From: a virus
Strand: one strand, 5' to 3'
DNA: 64,000 nt
Virus record (IMG/VR): IMGVR_UViG_3300037419_000526
Span: 5,172-69,171 of that record
Shown: positions 10,763 to 20,573 of the stretch, piece by piece
How positions within the stretch are numbered: position 1 is the first letter of the stretch
Layout of the letters: each line of letters begins with the position of its first letter
Position numbers and translations under genes: made by a program
The notes under the pieces: model-generated
Told to the model about the DNA's origin: nothing
Databases searched by the model: none
Seen by the model: the letters and a program-made list of their open reading frames with translations, nothing else

Positions 10763-11295
10763 TGGACATCACGCTTGAACAGTTGGTTGCCATTTCGCCC
10801 TACACCAAGTCTCGTGCAAGCGTGTTTGTTCCGTTCCTGAACGTAGCCATGCAGGAGTGGCAAATCAACACTCCACTGCGTGTGGCAGCTTTCTTAGCTC
10901 AGATTCTACACGAGAGTGGCTACTTGCGCTACACCGAAGAGATTGCGTCAGGTGCAGCATACAACGGCAGAATTGATCTAGGAAATACGATGCCGGGAGA
11001 TGGACAGAAGTTCAAAGGAAGGTCACTGATCCAAATCACTGGACGAACGAATTACGTCAAGGTGATGTTGGCTTTGAACATTGATTGCTTGGAACATCCT
11101 GCACTGTTGGCACAACCTGAGAATGCTTGCAGGGCTGCGGCGTGGTGGTGGGCAGATCACAAGTTGAGTGGGTTGGCAGACCTCGGAACGCAGGACGCCT
11201 TCATGAAGATCACTCGCGTGATTAATGGCGGGACGAATGGATGGGAAGATAGGTTGGCTTTGTACAACACAGCCAGAAAGGTATTGAAATGTTAG
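10762..11295 (+). CDS. endolysin, glycoside hydrolase family 19 (chitinase-like lysozyme) type
   Basis: 177 aa; FLAQILHESGYLRYTEEIASG...GRSLIQITGRTNY motif characteristic of GH19 phage endolysins. Confidence 0.7.
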   Translation: MDITLEQLVAISPYTKSRASVFVPFLNVAMQEWQINTPLRVAAFLAQILHESGYLRYTEEIASGAAYNGRIDLGNTMPGDGQKFKGRSLIQITGRTNYVKVMLALNIDCLEHPALLAQPENACRAAAWWWADHKLSGLADLGTQDAFMKITRVINGGTNGWEDRLALYNTARKVLKC

Positions 11296-11747
11296 AGAAA
11301 ATGAAAGCCCTTTACGCTGTGTTTCAGCAGGGCAAAGCTGTGGCAGACCCAGCAGCATGGCGCGGCCATCAAATCACGGCCAACATGATTGCAGGTTTGC
11401 TGTTTGCTATTGTGACATTGGGGAAGGCTTGCGGCTATGACTTTGGAATTGATATGCAGACTTGCGCTGATATCAGCATTGGCCTACTGGCCCTGGCAAA
11501 CATTGGCATCAACATCGCCACCTCCAAAGAACATGGAGTGCCATCGGGAGCCGTACGAGAAGCCGAACCGTCTGTGCAGAGCGTTGAACAGCCTGCCAAA
11601 GAAGAACCCGCAGCAGTGTCACCTAGCGTCACACCTGCTGCTGAACGAGGAAGCGTTGCTTCGACAATTGATGACGACGTACGCCAGCGAGCAATCGAAT
11701 GGGCAAAACAGCACAGCGCAATCAACGGCCTTGAGAATAGCGCTTGA
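11289..11747 (+). CDS. holin-like protein with two predicted TM helices
   Basis: 152 aa; TMs ITANMIAGLLFAIVTLG and ISIGLLALANIGINIA; overlaps endolysin stop; followed by terminator. Confidence 0.4.
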   Translation: MLEKMKALYAVFQQGKAVADPAAWRGHQITANMIAGLLFAIVTLGKACGYDFGIDMQTCADISIGLLALANIGINIATSKEHGVPSGAVREAEPSVQSVEQPAKEEPAAVSPSVTPAAERGSVASTIDDDVRQRAIEWAKQHSAINGLENSA

Positions 11748-11861
11748 CAACCTCAAAGGCATTGACGTGTCTCTGAAATGTCGATTATAATTATGAAGGA
11801 GAGGAAGCTGTCGCTCAGCCCCTCACCCTTTCCTTAGTAAGCTCTTGGTAGAGCACCCTTT

Positions 11862-11892
11862 GCCCCTTCACTTCGGTGTTGGGGCATTTTTT
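11862..11892 (+). terminator. rho-independent terminator (GCCCC...GGGGC stem + T-run)
   Basis: tgCCCCttcacttcggtgttGGGGCatttttt between convergent + lysis genes and - strand gene. Confidence 0.55.
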
Positions 11893-11901
11893 ATTTATAG
11901 C

Positions 11902-12195
11902 TTATGCTGCTGCGGCCTGTGCAGCCTTCGGGAACGCCTTGACAGCGTTGTAGTAGGTAACACTTGCAGTGATGAGTTCCACCACAATGTTCAGGATATT
12001 GCCGAACGGGACAGGGCCGTGCGCTGCTTCGTAGATGGCCTTGATTGCTGCGACAGCCACTTGCAGCTTCTGTGCACCGTTGCCAGAGCCGTATGCAGCT
12101 TCGACAGCTTTCACTTGATCAGTGATGACAGGATACAGAGCAGCCACCACTTTGTTGATATAGAGGAGGTCTGCGACGATGGAATCGATGTTCAT
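11902..12195 (-). CDS. hypothetical protein
   Basis: 97 aa from MNIDSIV; AAGGAA RBS; Ala-rich helical. Confidence 0.4.
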   Translation of the reverse strand: MNIDSIVADLLYINKVVAALYPVITDQVKAVEAAYGSGNGAQKLQVAVAAIKAIYEAAHGPVPFGNILNIVVELITASVTYYNAVKAFPKAAQAAAA

Positions 12196-12312
12196 GGTTA
12201 GTTCCTTAGTAAGATAGATTGGTAGAAATGTTTGTTTGTGCTTCACGGCCTGATGGCTCTTGTTCGGGCTGATTCGGAGGGAAGCACCTTGTTCCGAATC
12301 ATAATATGTGTA

Positions 12313-12342
12313 AGTCTATGCCTACAAAATCTTTCTGTCAAA
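12313..12342 (-). promoter_or_regulatory. sigma70-like promoter on minus strand (TTGACA-N18-TAGACT)
   Basis: rc of tgtcaa 12337-12342 and agtcta 12313-12318; upstream of 11902..12195. Confidence 0.35.
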
Positions 12343-12430
12343 ATATATTTGTGATTTATCGCACGCGCTTACAACATCGTATACATGATCTTTTGTAAAT
12401 GTTGCGTGAATATTCACAGTTGACTAAGTG

Positions 12431-12694
12431 TCACTCATCAACCACTTTGCTCAGGGCGTCCAGTGTTTCAGCTTCAGCAACGATGTCCTTGGTCTTGACA
12501 GCGAAGCGTGACTTGATGAACTTGCGGATAATTTTCTTCTCAATCTTAGTGGCGTTAGCAGCCTCTTCCACAAGCGCCTTAAAGTCCTCTTTCAAAGCTG
12601 CCTCTTCAGATAGCACATTAATACCTCGCTGAAGAAATCGTGTCAGGTCTGCTGCATCGAAAGTTGCTTGGTCTACGGTTACGTGCTTCGTCAT
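12431..12694 (-). CDS. hypothetical protein
   Basis: 87 aa ORF; first gene of long minus-strand block. Confidence 0.45.
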   Translation of the reverse strand: MTKHVTVDQATFDAADLTRFLQRGINVLSEEAALKEDFKALVEEAANATKIEKKIIRKFIKSRFAVKTKDIVAEAETLDALSKVVDE

Positions 12695-12712
12695 TGTTAG
12701 TTCTCCTTAAAA

Positions 12713-12907
12713 TTAGATGGCAACTTCAGCGTAAATTTGTCCGTGCGGTGCAAAGCACAGATAGAACGAATGTGGAGCAGTTGAGAAAGGTACAGGGATC
12801 AAATGGCCCACCCCGTTCGTGTCAAACACGCGCACAACCTCGTGCCCAACATAGTAGTGAAAGTTAGGTGCATCAGATGGCGGCACAGGAATGATTTTAG
12901 TGTTCAT
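12713..12907 (-). CDS. hypothetical protein
   Basis: 64 aa ORF, tightly packed. Confidence 0.4.
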   Translation of the reverse strand: MNTKIIPVPPSDAPNFHYYVGHEVVRVFDTNGVGHLIPVPFSTAPHSFYLCFAPHGQIYAEVAI

Positions 12908-13111
12908 TTAATAAGCATCCACGGTTACGCTCAGAATAAAACTGTGACGAATCATCACAACATTATTCGCACGTACAATTTTGAAATACTTCTCGTCACT
13001 AGGGTCCACAGACACAACATCCATAAACTTCTGAGTACGTCTATCCTCGAAGTTCATTTCTACCGTTACCATGTTCATGTTATTCTCCTTAATATTCGTC
13101 TCAATCGACAA
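12908..13111 (-). CDS. hypothetical protein
   Basis: 67 aa ORF abutting previous. Confidence 0.4.
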   Translation of the reverse strand: MSIETNIKENNMNMVTVEMNFEDRRTQKFMDVVSVDPSDEKYFKIVRANNVVMIRHSFILSVTVDAY

Positions 13112-13157
13112 ACGCCATTCTACAGATGAGCACAGCGCTTGTCAACAACATTTTTAA

Positions 13158-13400
13158 TTATTTTAGCTTCTCGAAGTCTTCGTCGGTAAGCTTGGTAAGA
13201 CCAGAGTACCCACCTTGAATAAGAAGCTTACCGTCTTTGTAAATCTGAGGCATGCTGCGATGGCCCTCTCGCTTAAGAAATTCGTAAGCTTCAAAGTCTT
13301 CATCGATCTTCACCACTTTGAACGGCACAGCTTTACGCTCAAGCAGCTTCACAGCTTGGACACACTGCGCACAACCTTCCATTGAATACACAACAATCAT
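13158..13400 (-). CDS. glutaredoxin (NrdH/GrxC-like redoxin)
   Basis: MIVVYSMEGCAQCVQAVKLL.. CxxC motif at N-terminus; AGGAG RBS; adjacent to RNR. Confidence 0.7.
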   Translation of the reverse strand: MIVVYSMEGCAQCVQAVKLLERKAVPFKVVKIDEDFEAYEFLKREGHRSMPQIYKDGKLLIQGGYSGLTKLTDEDFEKLK

Positions 13401-13408
13401 ATTTGCTC

Positions 13409-15151
13409 CTATTGACATGCGACGCATTCGCCGCTGCTGCTCACAACACCACGAGACGAGTACACATAATAAAGACTAAGGATGTTCTCGTTCTCGAATG
13501 CTTCTTGGTGAATATCTGAAATCAACTTCTCATCTGCATTACCTGCAAAGAACAGATTAGTGCTCTGCCCCTGGTCAATGTACTTCTGACGTGTTGCTGC
13601 AAGTCGAATGATGTCTTTCTGGTTAATCTCAAATGCAGTCTTGAACACTCGTTTCTCATCCTCCGTCAGCCAGTCAACATGCTGCACACTCCCCTGACTC
13701 TTAACAGTATCACGAATACAAGACTCAACATCCAAACCTTTCTCCTTAATCAGCTTAAGAAGTGTTGGGTTGACACGATCCATTTCACCTGCAGCTGTAA
13801 GCTGAGTAAAACTCATAGCAATGTCAGGGTTGATGCCCTCACTAATTCCGCCATAAATCAGCGCAGTGCTCTTTGTTGGAGCAACAGCCATTCGATGTGT
13901 GAATCGCACACCATACCCTTTGCACCACTCAGGTTCGCCAAGCTCTTTAGCCAACCACTTCGACGCCTCCAGCGATTGTTCATCAATCTGCTTGAAAACA
14001 CGAGCATTGAACATATGTGCATCAACGCTACCAAACTCCATCATGTGCTCTTGCAGATAGGTGTGAAAACCCCCGGCACCAAGCCCAATCGCTCGCCCTT
14101 TGACAGTCGATGCAACCGCCTTCTCCATGCCACGAATCTTAGACGCTTGCTCAATGAACTCGGAGATTACACAATCCAGAAACACTGTGCCGACAAACAC
14201 AGCATCCGTGTCTTTCCACTCGTCGTAACGTGCCAGATTCATCCACGACAGCACACAAGTGTAAGTGTAATCAAGACTGCTATGCAGCATAATTTCCGAG
14301 CAGAGCTGACTTGCCTTCACCATCAGGCCCAAATCTTTGTACATCTGAGGGCGCTGGCGATTGACCTTATCTACAAAGAAGAAATAACCTTTTCCAAAAA
14401 TCATCTTAGCTTTCAAGGCACGCTGATAACGCTTAGTAGCCTCTTTGCTGCCCTTTTTAAGCTTAGCGACGAACTTATCCGTGATAATCCAACCAATGTT
14501 TAAGTCGTCAGGCTGTTCCTCCAAATACTGCACAACCTCCCAGAAATCTCCGTGCTCGATGTCCAAGTAAGCTGCCCATGCTCCACGTCGTGCAGTACCT
14601 TGTGCCACATCTCGCATGTCCTGTACAAAATGCTTGATGACAGGAAGTACACCGCTCGCCTTTCCACCAACACTAATCTTGCTGCCACGAGGGCGGATGT
14701 TTGACAGGTCAGAGGCTGTGCCGAAACCTTGCTTCGTTAGAATTGCAATCTCACGGTATGCGTCGTAGAAGCCTTCGATACTATCGTCTACCACACTACC
14801 AGCGCAGCTTACAGGGCAACCACGATCTGTGCCCATATTTGCTAGTACAGGCGTCGAGCAGCACACCCAGCCTTGCCACAACACTTCAAAAAACTTCTGT
14901 TGCCAGTAGTCTTCCGGCGTCAGCAGATTGTACCACTCTTTGTAGTGCTCATCGTAAATTTTTCGCTTGGGCGCATGCTTTGCAGCCGTCCGGGCAATCC
15001 GCATGAACTGCTCTTTTGGGTTGGCAGCTTGGTGCAGGTATTTTTGCACAAACATTTGGTATCCTGACGTCGTGAACCACTCAGGGATAGTTCCGTCGAG
15101 TTGACCTTTCTTCCGTTCTTCACTTAGTTTTTCGTATAAATTGTCTGTCAT
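13409..15151 (-). CDS. nrdA: ribonucleotide reductase class I large (alpha) subunit
   Basis: 580 aa; C-terminal CVACQ thiol pair; paired with downstream R2 subunit and glutaredoxin. Confidence 0.8.
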   Translation of the reverse strand: MTDNLYEKLSEERKKGQLDGTIPEWFTTSGYQMFVQKYLHQAANPKEQFMRIARTAAKHAPKRKIYDEHYKEWYNLLTPEDYWQQKFFEVLWQGWVCCSTPVLANMGTDRGCPVSCAGSVVDDSIEGFYDAYREIAILTKQGFGTASDLSNIRPRGSKISVGGKASGVLPVIKHFVQDMRDVAQGTARRGAWAAYLDIEHGDFWEVVQYLEEQPDDLNIGWIITDKFVAKLKKGSKEATKRYQRALKAKMIFGKGYFFFVDKVNRQRPQMYKDLGLMVKASQLCSEIMLHSSLDYTYTCVLSWMNLARYDEWKDTDAVFVGTVFLDCVISEFIEQASKIRGMEKAVASTVKGRAIGLGAGGFHTYLQEHMMEFGSVDAHMFNARVFKQIDEQSLEASKWLAKELGEPEWCKGYGVRFTHRMAVAPTKSTALIYGGISEGINPDIAMSFTQLTAAGEMDRVNPTLLKLIKEKGLDVESCIRDTVKSQGSVQHVDWLTEDEKRVFKTAFEINQKDIIRLAATRQKYIDQGQSTNLFFAGNADEKLISDIHQEAFENENILSLYYVYSSRGVVSSSGECVACQ

Positions 15152-15690
15152 TTTCCGTGCCTCTCTGTGTATCCTGCACCATCAATGTTCATACTCTCGA
15201 TTGCAGCATCTCTAGCAGCGCTTGCCTTGTCGAAAGCACCTTGTTCACCGTGCTTCACTGTAGAAAATCTTCTACTGACCTTCTTCCCGTTGAAGTACCA
15301 AGATGCCTCCACGTATTTCGTACCTGCTCGATTGTATGTAAAATACACACCAACTTTGCCAGATTTGTTCTGAGTAGATTTCTTAACGTTTCGGTTGTTT
15401 TCGGCCAAGGTCTTAAGTCTCAAGTTCTTAGGGTGGTTGTTTAATTCATTTCCATCTTCGTGATCTACCACCATACCCTCAGGTATTTCTCCAAACACGA
15501 TTTTATAAACGACCCTTGAAACCTGCTCTTGCACGTTCCCAACCTGAATTTGAAAGCGCCCACTTCCTCCACCAGCAACACCGTCTTTCCTGGCCTTTGT
15601 CTGGTGGCCTCTTGAATCTTTTATATCAACAAGCCACCTCAAGAATGTTGGACTATCGTACGACACATACACATAGTCAGCCCAATGCAT
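15148..15690 (-). CDS. HNH homing endonuclease (with AP2-like DNA-binding region) inserted between nrdA and nrdB
   Basis: VDHEDGNELNNHPKNLRLKTLAENNRN HNH core; free-standing between RNR subunit genes. Confidence 0.75.
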   Translation of the reverse strand: MHWADYVYVSYDSPTFLRWLVDIKDSRGHQTKARKDGVAGGGSGRFQIQVGNVQEQVSRVVYKIVFGEIPEGMVVDHEDGNELNNHPKNLRLKTLAENNRNVKKSTQNKSGKVGVYFTYNRAGTKYVEASWYFNGKKVSRRFSTVKHGEQGAFDKASAARDAAIESMNIDGAGYTERHGK

Positions 15691-16678
15691 CGCCTACATT
15701 CCATTCAAAAGCTTTTTCGTTCCATCCACGTTGGTACTCTCGGCCCACGCCCGTGAAGAAGTCAACCTGTTGGTAGCCTTGTGCCGAAGTGTAGAACCAT
15801 CCTTCAATCGTACGATCATTCACTTCAAAGCATGGCTCAACACCCAGAGAGTCAAGGCACACATTAACACGGTGCGCAACAAACGCTTTCATTTGCTCTG
15901 CCGTAATGCCCCGCAGCGGGCCTTTTTCAAACAGCATATCTACAATGCGTTCTTCATGCTCTAACAGAATACCTGCAACAAGTTTAATCTCCTCGTGCAA
16001 CATATCCAACTCTTCCTTCTTCAGCCTGGACTCTTTGACAACTTGCTTGAAGAGGGCAGCGCCTGCCTGTTGGTGCAAACCTTCGTCAATCAGACTTTGG
16101 TTAATACCTCGAACCGTATTGCTAATAAGATTGTTACCGTTGCTCTGGAAATTCTTAAACATAGCAAAGCTGCTGAACAGCACCGCGCCTTCTAGCATGC
16201 TAAACGTTGCAAGACTTAGCAGGTCATCTTGTCCGTCTACAGCCTTATCAAGAAACGTAACACGTTCATTCAGCACGGGGTCGTCAATATAGCTGGTGTA
16301 GAACTCGTCGGTGTTAAGTCCAAGCACCTCATTAAGCTTATTGTAGAACGGTGCATGTACTGCTAGTTCCATCATGCCGAACACAGAAGCCATCCGTTGA
16401 ATCTCTGGGCGGGGGTATTTGTTCATCACTCGTGTCATCCAGTATTCCGTGCCTACAAAAATCTCATACTTGACAAAAAGCTTAAGAGCGGTAGTTACTG
16501 CATGGCGTTCTGCATCCGTCATGTTGACAAGCATGTCCTGCTTATCCTTCTCCATCGCGATTTCGTTCGCTGTCCAGAAGCACTTCTCAAGCTGTGTGTT
16601 GGCAAATTCGACAAACTGAGGATAATACGTGACATAACTATCTGTATGCGTCTTAATTCGTGGTTCTTTTTTACTCAT
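15677..16678 (-). CDS. nrdB: ribonucleotide reductase class I small (beta/R2) subunit
   Basis: ferritin-like; EGAVLFSSFAMF segment; start MSKKEP with GAGGA RBS. Confidence 0.8.
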   Translation of the reverse strand: MSKKEPRIKTHTDSYVTYYPQFVEFANTQLEKCFWTANEIAMEKDKQDMLVNMTDAERHAVTTALKLFVKYEIFVGTEYWMTRVMNKYPRPEIQRMASVFGMMELAVHAPFYNKLNEVLGLNTDEFYTSYIDDPVLNERVTFLDKAVDGQDDLLSLATFSMLEGAVLFSSFAMFKNFQSNGNNLISNTVRGINQSLIDEGLHQQAGAALFKQVVKESRLKKEELDMLHEEIKLVAGILLEHEERIVDMLFEKGPLRGITAEQMKAFVAHRVNVCLDSLGVEPCFEVNDRTIEGWFYTSAQGYQQVDFFTGVGREYQRGWNEKAFEWNVGDALG

Positions 16679-17252
16679 CAATGTTTTCCTCTTTATTTCG
16701 TCGCGCATGCTTCTTCCGCTTTTTCTCAACAGGGCGAGGATTGAAATATTCCTCCAGCGTCTTCACACTACCATCTTCGTTGAATTGGTTCCCTCGGATG
16801 TGAAAAAGAATGTCTTCTAGTTGCTTGACTTGTGCAACAATCTTACGTTCTTCCTCAAGATACTCTTCATCCTCTTTCGCCACAACATTCTCATCAAGCG
16901 CGGCCATACCGCCATACATTGGCGAAGTGTGCCCCATCGCATGCAACTCTTCAAACAGCGACCTGTCGGTGAGACTTGCTGCGATAAGAACATCCTCCGG
17001 TTGAGAGTACTTACCTTTCAGGTGCTCTCGCCGGACAGACAATTCCCCAGCGAACAAAAATCCAATCTTGACTTGCCCTGCCAATGTGCGGTGATTGGCG
17101 GCATATATATGCACAGGTTTTACAACATCCATACCCAGCATTTCTAGTACACTGTACACTTTGTCTGCGTTGTCCAAGCTGCAAAGATCAAAGATGTTCA
17201 TACCTTTGAGTTCATCTGCGAGCAAGATATCATAGCACGAAAGAACCTTCAT
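16671..17252 (-). CDS. hypothetical protein (acidic/basic C-terminus)
   Basis: 193 aa ORF overlapping nrdB start by 8 nt. Confidence 0.45.
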   Translation of the reverse strand: MKVLSCYDILLADELKGMNIFDLCSLDNADKVYSVLEMLGMDVVKPVHIYAANHRTLAGQVKIGFLFAGELSVRREHLKGKYSQPEDVLIAASLTDRSLFEELHAMGHTSPMYGGMAALDENVVAKEDEEYLEEERKIVAQVKQLEDILFHIRGNQFNEDGSVKTLEEYFNPRPVEKKRKKHARRNKEENIDE

Positions 17253-17716
17253 GGTTGTTCTCCGAAGAAATTATCAGGCACCAAATCGGAGATTTCTACA
17301 GATTTAAATCCAAGCGGCTTACGAATCTTACCGTTTTTATCTTTCAACACATAGCACTCACAGTCGATGTTGTACAGAACGTCCCAACCTTGTTTGTCGC
17401 AATTGTCCAACTCTTCTTTGGACATCTCCGAGGGATATTTAGCCATATTGTTTAAACACACTCGCTCAAGTGCTTCATCCACCTTGAATCCTGCATAGCT
17501 CATCTTCTGCATCAATCCTGCCACTGTAACAAACGCATCGCACACACCATCAAGAAGTTCTACAGAGTCTTTCTCTGCAAATGCTTTCTCAATCTCTTTC
17601 ACTTCCTCTACAACAACTTTTATTTGGGCTGCTACACTTGCTTCGTCAACATTTGCAAGATTGCCAGCAATGTTATTGAAAGCGTATACGTCCCAGTAAT
17701 GTTCTTCAATATTCAT
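17249..17716 (-). CDS. putative MazG-like nucleotide pyrophosphohydrolase
   Basis: 155 aa; VVEEVKEIEKAF and ELLDGVCDAF acidic helical motifs; nucleotide-metabolism neighbourhood. Confidence 0.4.
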   Translation of the reverse strand: MNIEEHYWDVYAFNNIAGNLANVDEASVAAQIKVVVEEVKEIEKAFAEKDSVELLDGVCDAFVTVAGLMQKMSYAGFKVDEALERVCLNNMAKYPSEMSKEELDNCDKQGWDVLYNIDCECYVLKDKNGKIRKPLGFKSVEISDLVPDNFFGEQP

Positions 17717-18657
17717 TTGTTCCCCTTGTTACCATATTCCTGTTCCAACCATTGCATACTAACAAACAGGGGGTCGTAGCTACCATCCCGCACGTTATGC
17801 TTCAGCACAATACCCCGCCAGTGTTTGTTCCCCTGCACGCCTTTATAATGCTCATCGTGTACGTACGCTGCCCCACAGATCAGCCCCCACTGCTGCCTGC
17901 CGCTGGAAGGTAAGAATCTCGTAGTAACATCTAAAGTCTGTCGATGGCCCATCGTAAAGCTTTCGCCAATCGTCTTCATCATCGTTTGTGCAGTACCGCC
18001 AAGAGGCTTGCCCGTCATGACATTCGGGAAGTAGTGGCAATAATTCACACCATCAATGGTAATCGGAGTGAGAAAAGGGACTACTTCCCAGCCTGCCTCT
18101 TCATACTTCAGATCATCAATGCTGAGAAAACCATGAAGTTCTGGGTTAGCATTCACATGACGATTAATGCGATCTTCGTGATTACCTAGCGTGAGCACAA
18201 GTCTCGGATTATACACTTTCTCACCAGCTTGCATTTGCTGCTTTTGTAAATTTCGCAGCGGGGCAAGCAGAACATTCATGCCTTCGATAGACGCTTTAAT
18301 GTCTTCTGCAACACGCTTACCTTCTGCCGAACGCATCCCTTTATCGTAGCTGCTAAGCCCTTCCATGTCCGCGTGATCGCCGATATGCACGACCACATCC
18401 GGTTGCTTCCGTACGATGTATTCACCGATCCATCGAAGATAGTCCAGAGAAATCCCTGGCCTCACTTGTGTATCAGGAATGACAAGGTGAGTAGTGCCGC
18501 CTTCCTTTTGCGGGTTAAGCGAAGATACGTAGCTGCGAAGTAGATCAGAGACCGTACTCTTCGGCTTGTTAACGGCCTTCGCAATGTCTCGCCAACTCAT
18601 TGTACCTGTGTTATGCAGAGCAATCGCCTGAACTTTCCAGTCTTCATTCTCAGTCAT
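17713..18657 (-). CDS. calcineurin-like metallophosphatase (Ser/Thr phosphatase-type) with N-terminal HTH
   Basis: VVVHIGDHADMEG (GDxHxD) ... LTLGNHEDR (GNHE) motifs; N-terminal SWRDIAKAVNKPKSTVSDLLRSY helix-turn-helix. Confidence 0.65.
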   Translation of the reverse strand: MTENEDWKVQAIALHNTGTMSWRDIAKAVNKPKSTVSDLLRSYVSSLNPQKEGGTTHLVIPDTQVRPGISLDYLRWIGEYIVRKQPDVVVHIGDHADMEGLSSYDKGMRSAEGKRVAEDIKASIEGMNVLLAPLRNLQKQQMQAGEKVYNPRLVLTLGNHEDRINRHVNANPELHGFLSIDDLKYEEAGWEVVPFLTPITIDGVNYCHYFPNVMTGKPLGGTAQTMMKTIGESFTMGHRQTLDVTTRFLPSSGRQQWGLICGAAYVHDEHYKGVQGNKHWRGIVLKHNVRDGSYDPLFVSMQWLEQEYGNKGNK

Positions 18658-18851
18658 TTAATACTCCAATCAAAGCTAAACGGGAAGTCCGACGGACCTT
18701 GTGGCACTTGCCACTTCAAAGGGCCATAAACAGCCGGGCTATCAATCTTACGGCGAAGTTCCTTAATCTCATTTTCCAACAAATCAATGCGCTCTTTTGT
18801 AGAACGGTGGACTTCCATATTTAGTTTGATGAATTCTGTCAAGTCACTCAT
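18654..18851 (-). CDS. hypothetical protein
   Basis: 65 aa; ATGA overlap. Confidence 0.4.
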   Translation of the reverse strand: MSDLTEFIKLNMEVHRSTKERIDLLENEIKELRRKIDSPAVYGPLKWQVPQGPSDFPFSFDWSIK

Positions 18852-19420
18852 ACCATCTCCTCAATTTTCTTCAGCAAATCTGCCTTCGTTGCCTCATAGT
18901 TTGAAATGAGCCGCCTCTTATGCTCCACATCCTGCTCATTCAGCTTGATAGACTGCTCAAGCGAAGCAATTCGCTCTTTGAAGTCGTTCAGTTGGCGTTG
19001 TTGTTCGGCTGTGAGAGGTTTCTTGTCCTGAATAATCCACCACCCAAATTTTTTCACGTAATCTACGACACCGGAAACTGTGTGTTGTTCTTCCGTCCCG
19101 CAGTTCCACGTTGTCATATAAAAATCTCCGCAGCGTTTCGTGAAATGCATGTCATCGGGGCAATGCGAATGCTTGAAATAAAACTCATCTGGCAATTCAT
19201 CTTGCTTCTGCTTGTCATTCACGACAATCCACGCGCCAACCTCAACCAAGGAGTGAACGCGGCACTCTTCAAGCACCGCACGAGGGACTTCACGAATCTT
19301 ATTTGGATACCCTCGTGCCCACTTCACCTCGTAATCACCGTGAGCATTCTTGGAAATGGTATGTGTAAACCCAGGTAGGCACTTCACACGAAATTGAAAC
19401 TTATTCGGCAACTTCATCAT
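18848..19420 (-). CDS. hypothetical protein with C-terminal coiled coil
   Basis: ~190 aa from MMKLPNK. Confidence 0.45.
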   Translation of the reverse strand: MMKLPNKFQFRVKCLPGFTHTISKNAHGDYEVKWARGYPNKIREVPRAVLEECRVHSLVEVGAWIVVNDKQKQDELPDEFYFKHSHCPDDMHFTKRCGDFYMTTWNCGTEEQHTVSGVVDYVKKFGWWIIQDKKPLTAEQQRQLNDFKERIASLEQSIKLNEQDVEHKRRLISNYEATKADLLKKIEEMV

Positions 19421-19589
19421 CTTCCTCCACAATACGTGCACGTTGACTATCAATCATATGCTTCATCTCATCCTTCGTAAATGCTGCGACATACTCTTCA
19501 TTAAAATACACGCGATACCAATCGTCTCGAAGCTTGGCAGTGTAGAGGCTGCGAAATCCGTTGTAATGGAATCTGAATTCGTTGGTCAT
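19401..19589 (-). CDS. hypothetical protein
   Basis: 62 aa. Confidence 0.4.
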   Translation of the reverse strand: MTNEFRFHYNGFRSLYTAKLRDDWYRVYFNEEYVAAFTKDEMKHMIDSQRARIVEEDDEVAE

Positions 19590-19840
19590 GATTGTTCCTT
19601 TTGTTTGATATATTCGTAAGCCTTTTGCAAAGCATTAATCAATTTCGGAATATCTTCCGCATTGACGTAGCTCCTTCCGCCGCTTGTGTCGTGCAGATAT
19701 ATGTTTCCGTCGTTCCACTCGTCATAGATGTACACGTCATAATCACAGCTTGACTCAGTGATAAATCCAAAATCACCCATCTGCTTTCTCCTTAAGAATG
19801 TTGTAGAACGTATTCTACACAAGTTGTTGTGCCATTGCAA
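19586..19840 (-). CDS. hypothetical protein
   Basis: 84 aa. Confidence 0.4.
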   Translation of the reverse strand: MQWHNNLCRIRSTTFLRRKQMGDFGFITESSCDYDVYIYDEWNDGNIYLHDTSGGRSYVNAEDIPKLINALQKAYEYIKQKEQS

Positions 19841-19843
19841 GCC

Positions 19844-20389
19844 TTATTTTACAGAGCATAGAATTTGTTCCACTGCCATTCGGCGTTTCTCTGGATTGCT
19901 CAATTGCTCATTACTGTAGCCGTAATCGTAACAAAACTGTTTGACATCTTTGACAGGTTTCTTGCAAATGGCGATTACTTCTTTCTCTACGCTTGCATCT
20001 TCAAAACTAATCCCCATCCTGTCAGCGTAAGATTTAGTTTTGTGGCAAGGTTTGCACGCAAGCTGCCAGTTGTCGTTTGTGTCTAGCAACCTCCAGAACC
20101 ACTGCACAGCTTCTTCCTTGTTGCCGAAAGAGCCTGCTTGGTCTATGTGGTCCACTTCAAAGGAGGATGCTGATCCCATCTTGCCACAGAATGCACAGTA
20201 CCCAACATTCTTAGCACGTCCTGTGTATCCCGCTGGCGGGGGGGTCATTTGGCGCTTCTTCCACTCTAACTTGGCAGGGTAGCGACTCCACACAGAACGG
20301 AAAGCCCCTCGCAAATACAACATGAAGGCTTTCTCATCAGGCCAGATTTCAGGGTAAGACTCCCAAGCTTCTTTAGTACCAATAGACAT
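19844..20389 (-). CDS. HNH endonuclease
   Basis: CAFCGK...FEVDHIDQAG...CKPCHKTKS Cys4/His HNH arrangement. Confidence 0.6.
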   Translation of the reverse strand: MSIGTKEAWESYPEIWPDEKAFMLYLRGAFRSVWSRYPAKLEWKKRQMTPPPAGYTGRAKNVGYCAFCGKMGSASSFEVDHIDQAGSFGNKEEAVQWFWRLLDTNDNWQLACKPCHKTKSYADRMGISFEDASVEKEVIAICKKPVKDVKQFCYDYGYSNEQLSNPEKRRMAVEQILCSVK

Positions 20390-20573
20390 ACCCCTCCTTG
20401 ATATTCAGTTCCCTTGCGTAGTCATGAGCACGAAGGTGGGCTTCGTTGTCGTAGTCTACAAAGCGCTTAACAGTTTTGAAGCCTTCAGTGAGTGTGTCGA
20501 GGATTTTGTAGCCATACCACGTAGCAATCACCATGTAGCGAACAGGCTCTGCAAAGACGATTCCCTTAGTCAT
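20373..20573 (-). CDS. hypothetical protein
   Basis: 66 aa. Confidence 0.4.
   Translation of the reverse strand: MTKGIVFAEPVRYMVIATWYGYKILDTLTEGFKTVKRFVDYDNEAHLRAHDYARELNIKEGYVYWY

Noticed and set aside
13679-14503. 274-aa + strand ORF antisense to nrdA, and similar antisense ORFs in nrdB, pol and SSB (e.g. 22100..23173)
   Set aside because: They overlap well-supported conserved genes on the opposite strand and have no independent signals.
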